DNA of 64,000 nt, taken from positions 128,001 to 192,000 of the forward strand of contig CAWJQI010000001.1 in the NCBI GenBank assembly GCA_963845085.1, read 5' to 3'. The notes beneath the pieces are model-generated. The model was not told the DNA's origin. It saw only the letters and a program-made list of their open reading frames with translations, and did not search any database. Of the stretch, positions 30,247-40,263 are shown in pieces. Position numbers and translations under genes: made by a program. Every line of letters begins with the position of its first letter. The stretch's first letter is position 1. This stretch comes from Candidatus Fermentibacterota bacterium (GTDB taxonomy: Bacteria; Fermentibacterota; Fermentibacteria; Fermentibacterales; JCC-6).

Positions 30247-31821
30247 TTACTGTTCCTCCCAGTCCAGAAGAAGGCCGTCGATGAATTCACGTATTATGCT
30301 GAGCCTGGGGATCATGCTCTCGCGGATGGGTTCGACGCAGGAGAGCGTCCGGAGAAGCCTGCGTGCGGTGTGGTACTCTGGGCTGCCGGGCTTGACCTCT
30401 TCAAGAAGAGGCTCGGCGTAGGGCTTCAAGGCTGCGAGTTCATAAGGAAGGGAGGAGTTGAACATGAGATCGGCCTCCTCCTGGTACGGGAAGATGTAGC
30501 TCCTTTCTCCCCGGCGCACGCTTGTCCAGCCACTGATGGTCTGCGCCGCGCTGTACCCGCGTGAGAAGCTGTCCCTCACCATCCTTCTGAGCAGCCTGCC
30601 GTCGGATGTCGACATCCTGGTCAGCCTGTCGATGTTCAGCGTGGTGAGTGCGGAGATGTAGACAAGGAACTTCGAGTCCCTGTCCAGCCCGGGGGTCATC
30701 TTCGGGTTGAGTCCGTGGATCCCTTCGATCAGCAGTATGTCATTGGCATTCAGCCGCATCGGTTCAACACCATCCAACCTTACCCCGGAGTTGAAATCGA
30801 ACCGGGGGAGGCGCACCTCCCCCCCTTCGAGCAGCGATTTGAGGTGTTCTCCAAAAAGGTCCGTCGAGAGGGCTTCAAGGCATTCGAAGTTGTAGGAACC
30901 ATCAGCGTTCCTGGGCGTATCCTCCCTGTTCCTGAAATAGTTGTCGACGCTTATCATCCGCGCCCTCAGCCCCTGTGCGGCCAGGTACACCGCGAGCATC
31001 CTGGTAAAGGTGGTCTTGCCGCTGGACGATGGGCCTGCAACCATGACTATCCTCTTGCGGGGGAACTGGTCCGACACCTGGTTCACGATCTGCACTATCC
31101 TGCTGTTCTGGTAGAAATGGCACATCATGACAAGTTCACGGCCGCCGTCCTCCCTGATCCTTCTGTTGAGGGCATCGACCGTCTCGGCTCTCATGACCTT
31201 GAGGTGTCGTTCTTCAAGGTCGAGCTCATGACCGAGTTTCTTCCTGTCGTGCCATGCTGCAATCGATGGCCAGGAACCGGAGCCCGGGAAGCGAAGGAGA
31301 AAGCTTCCACCGAGGGGACGAAGCTCCCACATCGACAGCCACGAGGTGTCGGGGACGGTCGGACCCATGGCGAAGGCCGAGCATTCACCGAGAATGTTGA
31401 GGTGATGCTCGCCTGTTCCCTTGTGCCAGCGCGCGAGCTGACCCGGTTCGCCATCGAGGGACAATGCCTCTTCGGAAGAAAGGATGCGGTGCTCGAATGG
31501 AATCGCTTTCCTGACCACTTCAGAAAGGCAGCTGCTTATCTTTTCCACGACCTCGGCCTGGTTCGTCTGGGTTCCATCGATGAGCCGGCACCGGTATCCG
31601 AGGGAGATCGCATGCTCCACCCACAACCGCGCTTCCGGGAAAGCCATCCTGCATGCCAGCTCGAGGGCAAGAACAAGCCCCCGTCTGTAGACCTCCCGGC
31701 CCTCGTCTGAATCCGGCGGGACATCTTCGCCGCCGAAATCGGACGAGAGCGGTCTGATCAGACCGAGGGAGTCCACCCGGGCGATGGCAGGGGAGGTGAG
31801 AAGCTTTGAATCCTTTGTCAT
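30247..31821 (-). CDS. udk: Long-form uridine/nucleoside kinase with ThrRS-like N-terminal region
   Basis: AGPSSSGKTT, IEGIHGLN, RLLRRMVRD, IFPYQEEAD.MFNS.L.YE, SIIREFI. Confidence 0.85.
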   Translation of the reverse strand: MTKDSKLLTSPAIARVDSLGLIRPLSSDFGGEDVPPDSDEGREVYRRGLVLALELACRMAFPEARLWVEHAISLGYRCRLIDGTQTNQAEVVEKISSCLSEVVRKAIPFEHRILSSEEALSLDGEPGQLARWHKGTGEHHLNILGECSAFAMGPTVPDTSWLSMWELRPLGGSFLLRFPGSGSWPSIAAWHDRKKLGHELDLEERHLKVMRAETVDALNRRIREDGGRELVMMCHFYQNSRIVQIVNQVSDQFPRKRIVMVAGPSSSGKTTFTRMLAVYLAAQGLRARMISVDNYFRNREDTPRNADGSYNFECLEALSTDLFGEHLKSLLEGGEVRLPRFDFNSGVRLDGVEPMRLNANDILLIEGIHGLNPKMTPGLDRDSKFLVYISALTTLNIDRLTRMSTSDGRLLRRMVRDSFSRGYSAAQTISGWTSVRRGERSYIFPYQEEADLMFNSSLPYELAALKPYAEPLLEEVKPGSPEYHTARRLLRTLSCVEPIRESMIPRLSIIREFIDGLLLDWEEQ

Positions 31822-32326
31822 GAAGCATCCTTTCCGGAGTGCCTTGATGCAATGCAATCATAGAGCCACAAGGACCCGGGGGAAAGGAGCGGTTTGAAGG
31901 CAGGCTGCCGGGGTGCGCCTCTCGCATCAAAAGCCGCGAGTGGTTGAACCGGGGCGCCAGGCGTGTACCAATGATGCCATAACAAACCATTGTATGAGGA
32001 TATAACCGATTCGCAGCGCTTCATTGATGCAGGAGTTCAGCACGGGAAGGCGCGCACGAACCTGAAGAAGACCCGAATCGCTGGAAAAGTACCTCTTCAA
32101 CCTTGATTTGTCCTATTTTCGATTTTATTTAATATGTAAACTGCTGCTTCTTCCAATCCCATGATTCATGGCTCACAAATGGGGTGCCGGATCCGAACGT
32201 GTCACAGCACTGTATGTATCTATTCTTATTATGGGCAGTTGATACTCATCCCACATCAAGAGGGGCACTCCTCCCCCGTTGACCTGCCCCGGGATTGGCC
32301 GCATTATCCAACATGGAGGTGACGGC

Positions 32327-32713
32327 ATGGAATTTTTTCTTGCTCTTTTTCTTTTCTTCTCCTCCTCCCCTCCCCTCTTGGAAGTGGAGGACTCCCTCGA
32401 AAGGGGGGCGACCGCCCTGTACACGGTCTCCCTTCAGGAAGGGACCGAGTACTGGCTTGTGCTGGAGGTGATGAGCGAAGATGTCGAGGCGAACTTCGAT
32501 GTGATCGTGGCTGGCCGTGAGATGAACCTCGAGCAGTTCATGCAGCTGCCTTACCGGGAGGATTTCGAGTACGCGCGCACGCACATCTGCGCCTCGGGCA
32601 CGGAACCCGGTGGAGAGAGCTTCACCCTGTCGGCTCTCTACACGGGTGTCTACTACATAGTCGTTCACGATTCGGGTCAACGGGGCGGCTCGTTCCGGCT
32701 GAAGCTTCAATAG
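32327..32713 (+). CDS. Small exported hypothetical protein (PPC-like beta domain)
   Basis: GGAGGT RBS; hydrophobic N-terminus; E.FT....TG.YYIVVH...G.F.L. Confidence 0.6.
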   Translation: MEFFLALFLFFSSSPPLLEVEDSLERGATALYTVSLQEGTEYWLVLEVMSEDVEANFDVIVAGREMNLEQFMQLPYREDFEYARTHICASGTEPGGESFTLSALYTGVYYIVVHDSGQRGGSFRLKLQ

Positions 32714-32720
32714 CCTCGAG

Positions 32721-34037
32721 ATGCCCAGGGATTTCACCGTTCTGGAACTGAACAGGGCAGCCGGTGAAATGCTGTCCATGGCCTTCCCCGAGCCCGTATG
32801 GGTTCGGGGTGTCGTATCCGTCGGCAAACAGGGCAACAGCACCGGACACACCTATTTTCAACTGGCCGATCCATGCCCCGAGGGTGGACAGACCGCAGCG
32901 GCTGCGGACTGCGCCCTGTTCGCCGGCGACAGGATCAGGATCGCACGGGAAGTCGGCAGGCAGGGCGTGGTTTTCATGCTCGAGGACGGCATGGAGGCGC
33001 GTTTTCAGGTCAGCCCCAACATCTACGAAAGAAACGGAAGATTCACGTACATCGTGAGGGGGTTCGATCCGGAGTACACGGGATCGGCTTCCGCACTGCA
33101 TTTGAAGAATCTTGTCGAGAAGCTGCGGCGAGAAGGCGTACTCGAAGAGAACGGAACTCTCCCGTTCCCTCTCGTACCGCTCAGGGTCGGCCTAGTCACC
33201 GCTGAGAACTCGGCAGCCGAGGAGGACTTCCTCCAAACCCTCAGGGAAAGCAATTACCCGTTCGAGGTATTTGCTTCCTGGTCGCCGATGCAGGGTGAAG
33301 GCACCGCCAATGGCGTTGCGGGTGCGCTCGTGAGACTCATCGGTGTTCAGGGGCTGGATGTTGCCGTTCTCACCAGGGGGGGAGGAAGCACCACCGACCT
33401 TGCGTGGTTCAACGATGAGAGGATCGCCAGAACCATCGCCCAGCTGCCCTTCCCGGTGATCTCCGCCATCGGCCACGAGATCGACATGACTCTGCCTGAT
33501 TTTGCAGCCCACACCAGGGCGAAAACCCCGACACATGCGGCGATGATCCTGGTCGACCGGGTGGCCGCCTTCTGTGATTCACTCGAGGATGCCGCATTGC
33601 GCCTCCAGAGGTCGGCAAGCCCCAGGATCACGCAGGAAAGGCGCGAGCTCGGGCGGCTGCTTTCGTCTCTCGCGGAAAGGGCGGAGCGGCCGTCGCTTCG
33701 TCTCACGGGGATTATCTCGCGTGCCACAGCCCTCATCCAGGGAAGGGTGCTGCCCCGGGTTTCCGGCCAGCACAGGCGTATCGACCAGCTTGCATCGAGG
33801 GTGAGCGGGCAGGCCTCATCCCGACTCACGGAACGGTCGGCACGGCTCGATGGCCTTGAGACCGTCGTTGCCCGGCGGGACCCGGAGAGGATGCTTGCAC
33901 TCGGCTGGGCACTGGCCACCGACTCCGGGGGGAGAATCATCGCGTCGGTCGGTTCGATCGGCCGGGATGACCGTGTTTCGATAAGGCTATCAGATGGAAG
34001 GCTTCAAACGAGGGTGGAAAAGGTGGAGAAGAATTGA
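32721..34037 (+). CDS. xseA: Exodeoxyribonuclease VII large subunit
   Basis: GH.YF.L.D, RGGGS..DLAWFN.E, SAIGHE.D, KTPT.AA. Confidence 0.93.
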   Translation: MPRDFTVLELNRAAGEMLSMAFPEPVWVRGVVSVGKQGNSTGHTYFQLADPCPEGGQTAAAADCALFAGDRIRIAREVGRQGVVFMLEDGMEARFQVSPNIYERNGRFTYIVRGFDPEYTGSASALHLKNLVEKLRREGVLEENGTLPFPLVPLRVGLVTAENSAAEEDFLQTLRESNYPFEVFASWSPMQGEGTANGVAGALVRLIGVQGLDVAVLTRGGGSTTDLAWFNDERIARTIAQLPFPVISAIGHEIDMTLPDFAAHTRAKTPTHAAMILVDRVAAFCDSLEDAALRLQRSASPRITQERRELGRLLSSLAERAERPSLRLTGIISRATALIQGRVLPRVSGQHRRIDQLASRVSGQASSRLTERSARLDGLETVVARRDPERMLALGWALATDSGGRIIASVGSIGRDDRVSIRLSDGRLQTRVEKVEKN

Positions 34038-34240
34038 AGGCCAAGAATCTGTCTTACGCGGAGATGATGGATGAACTCACCAGGCTGGTGGACGAGGTCG
34101 GTCGTGAGGACTGCCCTGTCGACGGTCTGGAAACCAGGGTGGCGAGGGCAGCCGAACTGATAAGGCTTCTGCGGGAAAGGCTCAAGGCCACCGAGGTTGC
34201 CGTCAGGAGCGTTCTTTCGAACCTTGATTCATCCGAGTAG
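34034..34240 (+). CDS. xseB: Exodeoxyribonuclease VII small subunit
   Basis: 68-aa helical protein overlapping the xseA stop; LSY.E...EL..LV. Confidence 0.8.
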   Translation: MKAKNLSYAEMMDELTRLVDEVGREDCPVDGLETRVARAAELIRLLRERLKATEVAVRSVLSNLDSSE

Positions 34241-35221
34241 GGTCACAACCCGGCGCACCACTTCATCAGGATCGGGATTGACCAGGGAAACGGACCGGGG
34301 TGAGAGCGGCCCGAACCTCACGTGGTTGTCTTTCCTGAACAGCGCCACAACGGGAACCCCCATTGCCGAGGCCACATGCATCGGACCACTGTCGGGACAG
34401 ACAAGCAGCGCAAGTCCCGAAACCCTGCGGGCGAAACCGGTGAGCCCCAACGGAGGGATCCTGACGCCCCCGCAGCCTGAGAGGACCTCTGCGAGCCCCT
34501 CTTCATGACGGTTTCCAGAGAACACCTCGACGGGGGCAAGGTCGGCGCACTTTCCGACAACCTCCTGCATGAATTCGACAGGAAACGCCTTCTCCCCCTT
34601 CGCGCCGGGGTGAATCCCGATCACCCTTCTTCCGGGCTCCTTCGGAAGGGACAGCGCTGGCGGTCGCCATGACGGCCAGTCCGGCCATACCGCCCCGATG
34701 GCATGCAACGCCATGCTTTCGTGCTGATCACGGCCGGGCATGGATGACGGACAGTGGTTGTACCAACCCGGCGAGGCGCCGACCGGTGACCCGACACGAT
34801 GCGGACAACCCGTGAGCGCGGTGATCACAGCCGAGGAGAGCGAAAAGCCGTGCGGATGTGAAGCGTCGATCACCACGTCGAACCTGTGCGCCCTCAGACC
34901 GCGAACCAGGGCGGCAAGCATCCAAGGCCTTCTGGCCATGGCTTTCTTCTCGACAGGAATGATCTCCCACCCCTGCTCCCCGAGTATTGACTGAAAGACG
35001 GTGCTTGCGAGGACGCTGACAACCGCAGCCGGAAAACGCTCCCTCAGAGCATTCAGAAGGGATGTGAGCATCACGAGGTTGCCCAGGCGGTTGTCAGTCC
35101 TGACAACAAGGATCCGGCCGGGTTGCGAAGGCAGCGGTCCGGCTGCCGCTGCAGGAAGGAGCCTTCTTGCGGGAGCCTCGAGAACCCGGCGACCCCAGAG
35201 CTCAAAACCCTTCAGACTCAC
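34229..35221 (-). CDS. Glycosyltransferase family 9 (heptosyltransferase-like)
   Basis: ILVVR.D.RLGN, IHPGA, DSGPMHVASAMGVPVVALF. Confidence 0.88.
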   Translation of the reverse strand: MSLKGFELWGRRVLEAPARRLLPAAAAGPLPSQPGRILVVRTDNRLGNLVMLTSLLNALRERFPAAVVSVLASTVFQSILGEQGWEIIPVEKKAMARRPWMLAALVRGLRAHRFDVVIDASHPHGFSLSSAVITALTGCPHRVGSPVGASPGWYNHCPSSMPGRDQHESMALHAIGAVWPDWPSWRPPALSLPKEPGRRVIGIHPGAKGEKAFPVEFMQEVVGKCADLAPVEVFSGNRHEEGLAEVLSGCGGVRIPPLGLTGFARRVSGLALLVCPDSGPMHVASAMGVPVVALFRKDNHVRFGPLSPRSVSLVNPDPDEVVRRVVTLLG

Positions 35222-36498
35222 GCGCGCTCCCCGTGATGTGTCCAGCCGTCGGCACGCGCGATCCTTGCATCGATGAATTCACCGGGCACCGCATCAGCGT
35301 CCCGGATCACCACGGTCCGGTTGCCGGGTGTTCTGCCCAGTAGCTGCCCTTCAAGGGTTCCGGCACCTGTGACCAGAACTGGAAGCACCCTTCCGACAAG
35401 TGCCGCCGATTTCTCCCTGGTGATGGCGTTCTGGACTGCCTGCAGCGCGTAAAGCCTTCTCAGCCTTTCCTGAACGGGAACGGACCCGGGCATTTCAGCC
35501 GCCCTTGTACCCTTTCTCTCGCTGTACCGGAACAGAAAGCCGTAGTCGTACCGAACCTCGGAGAGAAGTGACAGACTTTCCGAAAAATCTGACTCGGTCT
35601 CCCCGGGAAAACCGGCTATCATGTCGGTGGAGAGAACGATTTCCGGGATGGCGCGCCTTATCATTGCCACCTTTTCCAGATAACCCTGTCGGGTGTAGCC
35701 CCGGTTCATCCCGGTGAGAACGGTATCACTTCCTGCCTGGACCGGCAGGTGAAGGGCGTTGCAAATGTTCCCGTGGCGGGCCATCACTTCGATCAGCCCT
35801 ATGCTCAGGTCTCTGGGATGGCTTGTGACGAACCTGACCCAGGCGGGGCGCGCAGCGCGTGCCACCTGGTCGAGAAGCTGCGGAAAGGCGGTTTCACCGG
35901 CTGTGAAGGAATTGACGTTCTGGCCGAGGAGAGTGATCTCCCGGTACCCCGCCTCGACGAGCCCAGCCACTTCCCGAAGGATCGCCGCCGGTTCCCTGCT
36001 TCTCTCCCTCCCCCTCACATAGGGCACGATGCAGTAGCTGCAGAAGTTGTCGCAGCCCCTGGTGACTGTGATGAAGGCCCTCGGGAACATGTTTCTGACA
36101 GATGAGCGGCCCTCGTAGTCATCGATCCCCTGTTCCACCAGGGCAATCCTCCCGCCCGATGCGAGAAGCTCCGGCAGCCTGTGGTACCCGTCGGGGCCCA
36201 CCACGATGTCGATCTGCGGAAACCTGTCGATGAGCCCGGCCCCGTGTTCCTGAGCCACACAGCCACAAATGACGACCTGCGGCTTCCTGTCCCGGCGGCA
36301 CCCCGCGAGCTGGGTAGCCCTGCCGAGAGCCCTCACCTCGGCCCTCTCCCTCACGGCGCAGGTAACCACAAGAACGGCATCGGCGTCACCCGGACCGGAT
36401 GCCTTCACGTAGCCGGATGAGAGGAGTATCCCCTCGATAAGCTCGGCATCCCTGACGTTCATCTGGCAGCCGTAGACCTCGATGTGGTAACTGGCCAT
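35218..36498 (-). CDS. miaB: tRNA i6A37 methylthiotransferase
   Basis: GCQMN, TCAVR, GCVAQ, GCDNFCSYCIVPY.RG.E.SR, LLGQNVN, C-terminal TRAM. Confidence 0.93.
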   Translation of the reverse strand: MASYHIEVYGCQMNVRDAELIEGILLSSGYVKASGPGDADAVLVVTCAVRERAEVRALGRATQLAGCRRDRKPQVVICGCVAQEHGAGLIDRFPQIDIVVGPDGYHRLPELLASGGRIALVEQGIDDYEGRSSVRNMFPRAFITVTRGCDNFCSYCIVPYVRGRERSREPAAILREVAGLVEAGYREITLLGQNVNSFTAGETAFPQLLDQVARAARPAWVRFVTSHPRDLSIGLIEVMARHGNICNALHLPVQAGSDTVLTGMNRGYTRQGYLEKVAMIRRAIPEIVLSTDMIAGFPGETESDFSESLSLLSEVRYDYGFLFRYSERKGTRAAEMPGSVPVQERLRRLYALQAVQNAITREKSAALVGRVLPVLVTGAGTLEGQLLGRTPGNRTVVIRDADAVPGEFIDARIARADGWTHHGERA

Positions 36499-36505
36499 CA
36501 GGATG

Positions 36506-37108
36506 TCATCCGGGAATGGTGAATTCCATCACCAGCCCGGCGAAAATGGGGATGCGGAGGTTGTCGTCGAGGGGAATGTCGACAAGCTCGGCAAGGGCCG
36601 CTGCAACGCTGCCGGCGAGAAGACCGCCGGGGGTCAGTACCCATCCAAGCTGCCCGTTCAGATACAGCAGGAGCCAGGATGCGCCGAGGCAGGCCACCAG
36701 TGCTGAGAGGCTTCCCTCGAGAGTCCTGCCCCCGACAAGGGGCGTCACGCCGAAGTGCCTTCCGACGAGGGCTGCGAAACTGTCACCGAGGCTGAGAAAA
36801 ACAAGCGACGCAACCGCAATTTCCGTTCGGAACACCATTATCGTCAGAGCCGCGCTGGCAAGCACGATCGTTGAGGCTGTCATGCCGCCCTCCTGCTCCT
36901 TCGGGCGCAGCATCCTGCCGAAAACCGCCAGAAAGAGCTTCCTGAACACCTCGTTCCTGGCTCTGAGCAGGTCTATCAACAGGAGAAACAGCGCCGCAGC
37001 ACACAGAAGGAGCACCATGTCGGTGCGATTCACGAAAACTGCGGCGACCGGTATCACTACTGAAGCGACATGAACGGCTTTTCTGAGGATTTCCTCTACA
37101 AGGGGCAT
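36506..37108 (-). CDS. Diacylglycerol/polyprenol (dolichol/phytol) kinase family membrane protein
   Basis: RKAVH, GDSFAALVG..FG, TLEGS, DDNL.IP. Confidence 0.85.
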   Translation of the reverse strand: MPLVEEILRKAVHVASVVIPVAAVFVNRTDMVLLLCAAALFLLLIDLLRARNEVFRKLFLAVFGRMLRPKEQEGGMTASTIVLASAALTIMVFRTEIAVASLVFLSLGDSFAALVGRHFGVTPLVGGRTLEGSLSALVACLGASWLLLYLNGQLGWVLTPGGLLAGSVAAALAELVDIPLDDNLRIPIFAGLVMEFTIPG

Positions 37109-37119
37109 GCTGTCCGGTT

Positions 37120-38202
37120 TCAGAAACCGATTCCCACGCTGAACCTGTGGGTGTTCTCCAACTCGTCGTGGCCGAGCCAGGCGTAATCGAGCGAGACAGG
37201 CTTCCCGAAGAGACCTATCTTTAGACCGATGCCGGCCGTCATGTTGCCCTCGCTCGACCCCAGCCTCAGTCCGACGGTGTCACGGATGAGAAGCTCCAAC
37301 CCGGCCCTGGTGTCGAGGCTGATGTCGCCCCGGCTGTACTGGGCCGAGTACTCCCTGCCCTCGAACCTGAAATCGCCGTCGAGACCGAAGGTGAGCACCG
37401 ATGAGAACTTGCTTATGGGCAGCGAGAAAGCGGCGCCGATCTTCGCAGTGGGATTGACTACCTCGCTGTGGCCATTGTTCCAGAAAAGGTGTGTCCCGGT
37501 GATGTCCTGAAGATTCATGCCGAGGGAGAAGGAGTCGGTGGCCCTCCACAAAAGGGCTGCATCAAGCCCCAGCCCCCAGGCGCTGTAGTCCATGAGGTCG
37601 CGGTAGACCATCTTCACGTTCGCGCCGATGGACAGGTCGTCGGACAGGGGGCGCGACCATGACAGGTAGAGCACGTTGTCTGAAGCGCTCTGCCAGGTTA
37701 TGAGGCCCTCGTCGTATATGATCTCCTCGCCGGGGTCCCACTCGCCGTTGCCCTCGGTGCCGCCGGGGTTGGTGTCGGGCTGGTAGTCGTCGTTTCCGGA
37801 ATCGCCCGGCTCCCCCGTACCGTCATCACCGAACACGCCGTCGGCCCCGCTGTCGTACCATTCAAGATCGTTCGTATTGGCAATGCTGCCGAGGTCGGTG
37901 CGGAAGAGCGATGCACCCACGGCATCGCCGCCGAGTTTCCTGGTGTAGGACAGATAGTCGTAGGCAATGAGCCCGCCGAACCTTTCGGAGTGCATGAAGG
38001 CAGCGTTCTGGCCCGAGGTGCCGGACAGGCCGGCCGGATTCCAGTACCCGGCAGTAGCGTCATCGCTTGTGGCGACGAACGCACCGCCCATTCCGAGTGC
38101 CCTCGCCCCGGCGCCGACATACATGAACTCACCGGCATACTTGGCGCCGAAAGCCTGGCTGAAGGCCAGCAGGATCAATGAGGCCGTCATAAGTGTCTTC
38201 AA
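37120..38202 (-). CDS. PorV/PorQ-family outer-membrane beta-barrel
   Basis: GARALGMGGAF.A..DDA.A.YWNPAGL; C-terminal DYA...L.NTHRFS; acidic insertion. Confidence 0.82.
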   Translation of the reverse strand: MKTLMTASLILLAFSQAFGAKYAGEFMYVGAGARALGMGGAFVATSDDATAGYWNPAGLSGTSGQNAAFMHSERFGGLIAYDYLSYTRKLGGDAVGASLFRTDLGSIANTNDLEWYDSGADGVFGDDGTGEPGDSGNDDYQPDTNPGGTEGNGEWDPGEEIIYDEGLITWQSASDNVLYLSWSRPLSDDLSIGANVKMVYRDLMDYSAWGLGLDAALLWRATDSFSLGMNLQDITGTHLFWNNGHSEVVNPTAKIGAAFSLPISKFSSVLTFGLDGDFRFEGREYSAQYSRGDISLDTRAGLELLIRDTVGLRLGSSEGNMTAGIGLKIGLFGKPVSLDYAWLGHDELENTHRFSVGIGF

Positions 38203-38540
38203 AACGTGCTCCCGTCGACCAGGTCACTGATAAGCTTTCTGTCCTCGAGGCTGATACGCGTGTAGAAAAGCCCGACCCCCCACTCGCCGCCAGGCTGTTC
38301 CTCTTCCCGGATCACGACAGCCCTTGCCTCGATCTCGGCTTCGGGAAGTCTCATGACGACATCGACCCGTGTGAGATCTCCCAGCGGTGCGGCGCAGATG
38401 CAATACAAACCGGATGCGCTGATGTTGAGGGCGGTAACTGGAAGCATGGGCATGCCCGGAGTGCTCAGAAAAACCTCAACTTCGCCGGCGCTCCGTTTCT
38501 CGGTCCGCCGTTCGGAATGGATCAGAGCATCCTCGTTCAT
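38199..38540 (-). CDS. PilZ domain protein
   Basis: ERRTEKR and NISASG motifs. Confidence 0.82.
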   Translation of the reverse strand: MNEDALIHSERRTEKRSAGEVEVFLSTPGMPMLPVTALNISASGLYCICAAPLGDLTRVDVVMRLPEAEIEARAVVIREEEQPGGEWGVGLFYTRISLEDRKLISDLVDGSTF

Positions 38541-38796
38541 ATCGATTTCTACCTCGGTGCTGAGTTAATGGTTCCCTTGCATCCCGCGAAAGCAGATACA
38601 AATATAAGGAACACACTCCGGTAAGTCATAACAGCACGATCGGCCGCAAAGTGCCGAACCGTCCACCCCCGCATTGCGGAAAAATATGCATTCCCGTATG
38701 TTCCGCAAGGTCAATCTTGACAGTTGGTTTGTTTTGTCGAAGTATACGGCTGTATGCCGGGGTCCGGCTTCTCAACACCAATGAAAGAGGGGAAAC

Positions 38797-39159
38797 ATGA
38801 ACGAGTTCAATATCAGCCCCAAGGAGATCGAAGAGGGCAAGACCATGGGCGGCGTCGCCTACATCACATGGATCGGTCTGCTCATCGCCTTCATCACCGG
38901 GAAAGAAAACCGCTACGTCATGTACCATGTCCAGCAGGCTCTCATCGTTCTTCTTTTCGCCCTGCTCACCCCCATCCCGGTACTCGGCTGGATCATCGGC
39001 GTCTGCTGCCTTGTCTTCGCAATCATCGGCCTTCTCAACGGCTTCGGCGGCAAAGTCAAGCCGGTTCCCGTAATCGGAACCATCGGCTACAAGTTCAACC
39101 TTGTTAAGCCCGCCGCTTCCACTGCCTCCCAGACCCCCGGCACGCCGGATGTCGAATAA
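38797..39159 (+). CDS. DUF4870/Tic20-like small membrane protein
   Basis: K..GGVAYI, YH..QAL, IPVLGW, PVPVIG; GAGGGG RBS. Confidence 0.78.
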   Translation: MNEFNISPKEIEEGKTMGGVAYITWIGLLIAFITGKENRYVMYHVQQALIVLLFALLTPIPVLGWIIGVCCLVFAIIGLLNGFGGKVKPVPVIGTIGYKFNLVKPAASTASQTPGTPDVE

Positions 39160-39180
39160 CTGATACCTGTCTGTGATCAC

Positions 39181-39205
39181 AGGGGCGGCTTCTGCCGCCC
39201 CTTTT
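39181..39205 (+). terminator. Intrinsic terminator
   Basis: AGGGGCGGC-TTCT-GCCGCCCCT-TTT. Confidence 0.8.
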
Positions 39206-40263
39206 CATTGCCCCTGCGGCCATGCGGGTATCGTCAGCGGAAGACAGGTCACACCCTCCCCGCGCTCAAGAATGGCGGCAAGAGCAGCCCTCTCCTCCAC
39301 TCCCCTGCAGATGATCTGTGCCGATCCGTCGCCCTGGGAACCGACGCCCTTGCCGCCCCAGGCCAGCGTACGAAGCGCCGGTGAAGCGAGCACCCGGTGA
39401 AGGACTGGGGATGTCAGTTCGTCAGGGCAGGCCGGTGCGATCCGTTCGTCGAACAACCGCTGGGCTTCCACCATGAGTTCACCCAGCGCCCGGGGGTCGC
39501 CCTCTTCAAGAGCCCTGCACGCTGCAGCGTTGATCATGAGGTTTGCCGCTCCCAGAGCTGCCCTCAGCCGTTCGTCACCCCTGTCGAAGGCTGCATTGAG
39601 GTCCCGCAGGATCCTTTTCGTATCCTTTTCTCCGTGCAGGTCGACGATCAGGAAGTAAAAATCCCCGCCAGGCTGCAGCATCCGGGCATCCACCATGTCG
39701 CCCGCGAATGTGAGCAGCACCGGGCGCCCCTTTCCGTATGCGCATGCCTGGTCCATCCTTCCGCACTCGCTTCCGGTGAGAAGCTCGCCCCTGTACGCCA
39801 GGTCCATCTCCCTTTCAACAGAGAGCCCAAGACCCCAGGCGAGGTTGAAGGCCCTTGCGGTGAGCACGCATACCGCAGCGGATGAAGAAAGACCCTTCTT
39901 CAGCGGAAGAGTCCTTTCGATGACATCGAGATGAAGTCCCCGCGCACAGGTCTCTTCGATGACCAGGGCCGCAGTTCCGGCGGCGTACGCGTCGAACGAA
40001 CCGGATGCAGCCACCGCTCTCAAAAGATCCGGATCGGATGGATAGGTATTGAGTGCTCCCTGTCCGCCGTCAGCGGCCACCTGTCTTACGATGAAACAAC
40101 CCTCGACGGCTTCCGCGGTCCCGCGCAGACCCTGATCGGTCCCGGTGATCAGGCACATCCCGGGCTCGATGCCGGGATCGAAAAGCCTGCGCTTCCCCGC
40201 CCAGTCCGAGTGTTCACCGAAGAGGCAGAGCCTGCCCGGAACAAAAATGTCAGATGCCGTCAT
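39205..40263 (-). CDS. GHMP kinase (galactokinase/mevalonate kinase-like)
   Basis: PGRLCLFGEHSDWAG, P.KKGLSSSAA, CGRMDQ, GKGVGSQGDG. Confidence 0.88.
   Translation of the reverse strand: MTASDIFVPGRLCLFGEHSDWAGKRRLFDPGIEPGMCLITGTDQGLRGTAEAVEGCFIVRQVAADGGQGALNTYPSDPDLLRAVAASGSFDAYAAGTAALVIEETCARGLHLDVIERTLPLKKGLSSSAAVCVLTARAFNLAWGLGLSVEREMDLAYRGELLTGSECGRMDQACAYGKGRPVLLTFAGDMVDARMLQPGGDFYFLIVDLHGEKDTKRILRDLNAAFDRGDERLRAALGAANLMINAAACRALEEGDPRALGELMVEAQRLFDERIAPACPDELTSPVLHRVLASPALRTLAWGGKGVGSQGDGSAQIICRGVEERAALAAILERGEGVTCLPLTIPAWPQGQ

Noticed and set aside
38541..38796. c-di-GMP riboswitch upstream of the PilZ gene; TTGCGGAA/TTCCGCAA inverted repeat at 38674-38708
   Set aside because: GCGAAAGC is present but on the wrong strand and without the rest of the consensus; the inverted repeat may be an operator but no regulator can be assigned
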